From a virus (lineage: Duplodnaviria > Caudoviricetes), in the IMG/VR virus record IMGVR_UViG_3300033153_012589, positions 1 to 27,011 of that record: a DNA stretch of 27,011 bases. One strand, given 5' to 3'. Below the pieces are notes generated by a model, which saw only the letters and a list, made by a program, of their open reading frames with translations, did no database searches and was not told where the DNA came from. Both the position numbers and the translations under genes were made by a program. Positions 25,623 to 27,011 of this stretch are shown here, piece by piece; position 1 is the stretch's first letter, and the number at the start of each line of letters is the position of its first letter.

Positions 25623-26579
25623 TTATCCTTTATCCTTAAACCTATTAATTATCTTGCTTATTGTGTCACTACTCTCTCCAGATAATTTTTTATCCCAATA
25701 ATACTTGCTTAATCTGTGATCTTTGCCTTGCTTTTTCAATTCATTCATGAGAGTTCTCTTAAAACTTTCAACATTCTTTCCATGTGCAACTGCAAATCCT
25801 TCAAGATAAATATGATTTCGGATCTTCCCTTCTTTTAACATAGCCAATGCACTTTTCACAGGATCTTGATCATCAACATCATCCTCAATTCCCATCTGCT
25901 CTCTTGCAACAACATTTCTTTTTGTGTCTTTAACATCTTGATAGATCATCTCTTGCTTTTCTGTTAATGGAGGAAATCTTAAGAGGCCTCTGAATGTTGT
26001 TAATCTTGAATATTGTGGCCTCTGGATGCCCTTCTTCAACCACTCTCTTTCAATCTTTTCATTCACTGCCTGATCCCATCTGTCTTTTGCATAGATTGTT
26101 CTGTTCGGTGTTTGCACAATTGCCATCCCTCTCCTGACAACTGTCAATCTAATCTTCATTAAATTCTTCACTTGATTATCAAGGTTTTGAAACTGTGGCA
26201 CACAAGCAATAAACAAATTACAATGATCCCTGTTCATGTTAATCATCTTAATAAGATCCTTCTGATCCTCATCATAGAAGTCACGATTGAAAGTCACATT
26301 AATCATCTCATCTGCAATCCCAGATCTTTTCCATTTGTGAAAGAATTTGATCACCTCTGTCCTTTGATACAATAAACATTTCTTTGCAGAAAACTTATAT
26401 CCATCAACTCCTCTCCTCTGCATTTCTCTTGCAACACCCCTTGTCAAATGATAAGCAAGTGTTGATTTTCCAAGACCTCTGTTTCCTTCAATAGCAATGC
26501 AGCAATCAAATTTATTAAGAAGAATATCACAGATCATGAAGGTCATCTTTTTTAAACTCCATTGAAGAATAACTCCCAT
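25623..26579 (-). CDS. P-loop ATPase, Zot/pI-like morphogenesis or extrusion type
   Basis: Walker A GNRGLGKS, Walker B GIADE, then NRDH..LFIACVPQ...LDNQVK, resembling the R-H...Q...D signature of Zot-like ATPases. Confidence 0.78.
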   Translation of the reverse strand: MGVILQWSLKKMTFMICDILLNKFDCCIAIEGNRGLGKSTLAYHLTRGVAREMQRRGVDGYKFSAKKCLLYQRTEVIKFFHKWKRSGIADEMINVTFNRDFYDEDQKDLIKMINMNRDHCNLFIACVPQFQNLDNQVKNLMKIRLTVVRRGMAIVQTPNRTIYAKDRWDQAVNEKIEREWLKKGIQRPQYSRLTTFRGLLRFPPLTEKQEMIYQDVKDTKRNVVAREQMGIEDDVDDQDPVKSALAMLKEGKIRNHIYLEGFAVAHGKNVESFKRTLMNELKKQGKDHRLSKYYWDKKLSGESSDTISKIINRFKDKG

Positions 26580-26585
26580 TATTTT

Positions 26586-27011
26586 TCACCCTCCCTCTAT
26601 GATGTCTTTCATTATTTTCTCCAGATCAATTTCATCACTTGTTCTGAAAATCAAACCTGCATTATTGATTGGCACATTCACATCATCTTTTATTTTCCTT
26701 AAATTATTTAAACAGATATTAAAATGTTCTTCATTAATTATGATTGCAGTTTCTTTTGTCAAATGATTTTCTTCAAAGGCCACAATCCCATCAAGATATT
26801 TTTCAATAAGATTAATCTTAATTAAATAAAGTTCAATGTGCAATTTATCTTCTTTCTTCAATGCAAACTTAACATTCCCAAGAAGTTTCTTTAAAGTGGT
26901 AACAATTCTTCTCAAGGCCTGTTCTCTCTTTTGTGCAATTTGATTGGCATCCATATAATCAAGATCTCCCATTTCTTCTGCACCATAAGTTGCAATATCC
27001 TCATAACTATC
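26586..27011 (-). CDS. 3' part of the junction-spanning 188-aa hypothetical protein
   Basis: Frame is open to the window end and continues via the terminal repeat to ATG 255. Confidence 0.85.
   Translation of the reverse strand, partial: DSYEDIATYGAEEMGDLDYMDANQIAQKREQALRRIVTTLKKLLGNVKFALKKEDKLHIELYLIKINLIEKYLDGIVAFEENHLTKETAIIINEEHFNICLNNLRKIKDDVNVPINNAGLIFRTSDEIDLEKIMKDIIEGG
26898..27011. repeat. Terminal direct repeat, copy 2
   Basis: Identical to 1-114. Confidence 0.97.

Noticed and set aside
25615-25655. Possible self-target of array unit 2 (NN-skip-1 reading) at the 3' end of the ATPase gene, minus strand
   Set aside because: The first five dinucleotides match and 21 of 28 bases overall, but the guide is A-rich. 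A rough binomial estimate makes one such hit in a 27-kb AT-rich genome unremarkable. I could not search exhaustively.

Overview
This window is most likely a complete circular genome of a small AT-rich archaeal virus. The first and last 114 nt are identical, giving a unit length of 26,897 bp, and one gene runs across the junction. A spindle-shaped or otherwise extruded, membrane-associated virion is inferred from two paralogous two-helix hydrophobic capsid-like genes, a large glycosylated LamG/Ig adhesin, several membrane proteins and a Zot/pI-like morphogenesis ATPase. The genome also encodes a tyrosine recombinase, two short C5-cytosine methyltransferases, an A24 prepilin-type peptidase, a tRNA-Ala(TGC), RHH/AbrB/wHTH regulators and a shuffled array of small MKKE...GDLK ORFs. 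The standout locus is 23505-24745: a TATA-driven operon (Zn-ribbon, stand-alone Cas7/RAMP-like protein, 88-aa ORF) followed by a non-coding array of three units. Each unit is an ATATTCAA leader plus 12-14 in-phase pentamers of a near-constant GGY triplet and a variable NN dinucleotide. This looks like a minimal, non-CRISPR RNA-guided system. All family assignments come from motif reading by eye; no database search was run.
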